Shown here: positions 25,721 through 26,208 of the stretch, in pieces
Position numbering within the stretch: position 1 is the first letter of the stretch
How the letters are laid out: each line of letters opens with the position of its first letter
IMG/VR virus record: IMGVR_UViG_3300025086_000202
Coordinates: 1-26,208 of that record
Reading direction: 5' to 3' (one strand)
Origin: a virus
Taxonomy: Duplodnaviria > Caudoviricetes
DNA length: 26,208 nt
Notes under the pieces: model-generated
What the model saw: the letters and a program-made list of their open reading frames with translations, nothing else
What the model was told of the DNA's origin: nothing
Database searches by the model: none
Program-made: the position numbers and the translations under genes

Positions 25721-26050
25721 CTACGCTCCTGTAATAGTTAACGTAACGCTTCCGTCAGATCCACCTGTTTGTGTTAAGGTTGCACAAATTCCATCTTTAC
25801 AAAGAATTCCAGAACCTGGAACATAAACTGCTAACCCTTCAGTATCGTATTTAAAAGTTGCTACTAAGTTACCTGCACCTGCACCACCTGTTGTAGCACT
25901 ATCGTGTAAAAGTAAAACAGAACCTGCTTCTCCTCTACCTTGAATAGAAGTAATTCTAGCTCTACCTGCTCTTAACAGTGATATAGCACCAGTATCTTTT
26001 TGTAACGTTGTTTGATCACTTGAAAATGATCCACCGCCGCCTATTGACAT
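25721..26050 (-). CDS. Small beta-rich virion protein
   Basis: 109 aa, TAAGGAG RBS, GRARITSI...LLLHD...VPGSGILCKDGI. Confidence 0.7.
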   Translation of the reverse strand: MSIGGGGSFSSDQTTLQKDTGAISLLRAGRARITSIQGRGEAGSVLLLHDSATTGGAGAGNLVATFKYDTEGLAVYVPGSGILCKDGICATLTQTGGSDGSVTLTITGA

Positions 26051-26071
26051 AATTTTTCTCCTTATATTTTA

Positions 26072-26091
26072 TGTGGGGCCGAAGCCCCACA
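26072..26091 (-). terminator. GC-rich hairpin with C(UUCG)G tetraloop (terminator-like or stabilising stem, no U-tract)
   Basis: Minus strand TGTGGGGC-TTCG-GCCCCACA, perfect 8-bp stem, followed by TAAAATATAAGGAG. Confidence 0.65.
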
Positions 26092-26103
26092 CTAAATTAA
26101 TTA

Positions 26104-26208
26104 TTATGAAAGGTTATTGTTCTGTAAGTAACTAATAGTTACTGTAGCAGCACCTGCTGAAGCGTCGTCGTTTGCACCGTTATAGATGAAACCGATTCTA
26201 ACATCAGA
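26104..26208 (-). CDS. C-terminus of a probable capsid decoration/minor capsid protein (partial)
   Basis: ...SDVRIGFIYNGANDDASAGAATVTISYLQNNNLS followed by tandem TAA stops and the hairpin. Function inferred from position and motif. Confidence 0.6.
   Translation of the reverse strand, partial: SDVRIGFIYNGANDDASAGAATVTISYLQNNNLS

Larger units (their letters stand above)
1..26208. mobile_element. Segment of a podovirus-like bacteriophage genome (pelagiphage HTVC023P-type organisation suspected)
   Basis: Contiguous phage-type genes (adaptors, gp10-like hub, fibres, ejection proteins, lysis pair, SNF2 helicase), almost no intergenic DNA, many TAATG/ATGA overlaps, no host housekeeping genes. Host and clade assignment is inference. 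Confidence 0.9.

Noticed and set aside
1-26208. CRISPR array, tRNA, integrase/att site, alternative genetic code
   Set aside because: No spaced repeats, cloverleafs or recombinase motifs seen by eye; genes tile the window under the standard code with TAA, TAG and TGA all used as stops.

Overview
The whole window is a gene-dense, AT-rich segment of a tailed dsDNA phage, most likely a short-tailed podovirus. Gene content and order resemble marine SAR11 pelagiphages of the HTVC023P type; this is an inference from recalled gene families and no search was run. Left end: three small replication or early genes on the minus strand, an overlapping divergent promoter pair, and a SNF2-like helicase, the only credible plus-strand gene. 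From 26208 down to 3122 is one long, largely translationally coupled minus-strand morphogenesis run. It contains capsid-associated proteins, two head-tail adaptors, tail and fibre proteins, a Gly-rich putative receptor-binding protein with its partner, and a very AT-rich island of four Fe(II)/2OG-type dioxygenases plus a compact flavin-dependent halogenase. After these come a P22 gp10-like tail hub, several putative ejection proteins sharing a repeated xxxGG-[R/P/hydrophobic]-[hydrophobic] motif, a holin-like protein and an M15 peptidase endolysin. No tRNA, rRNA, CRISPR array, integrase or transposase was seen. Four real ORFs missing from the supplied track were added (1-731, 11273-11440, 11799-11963, 26104-26208) and three starts were corrected.
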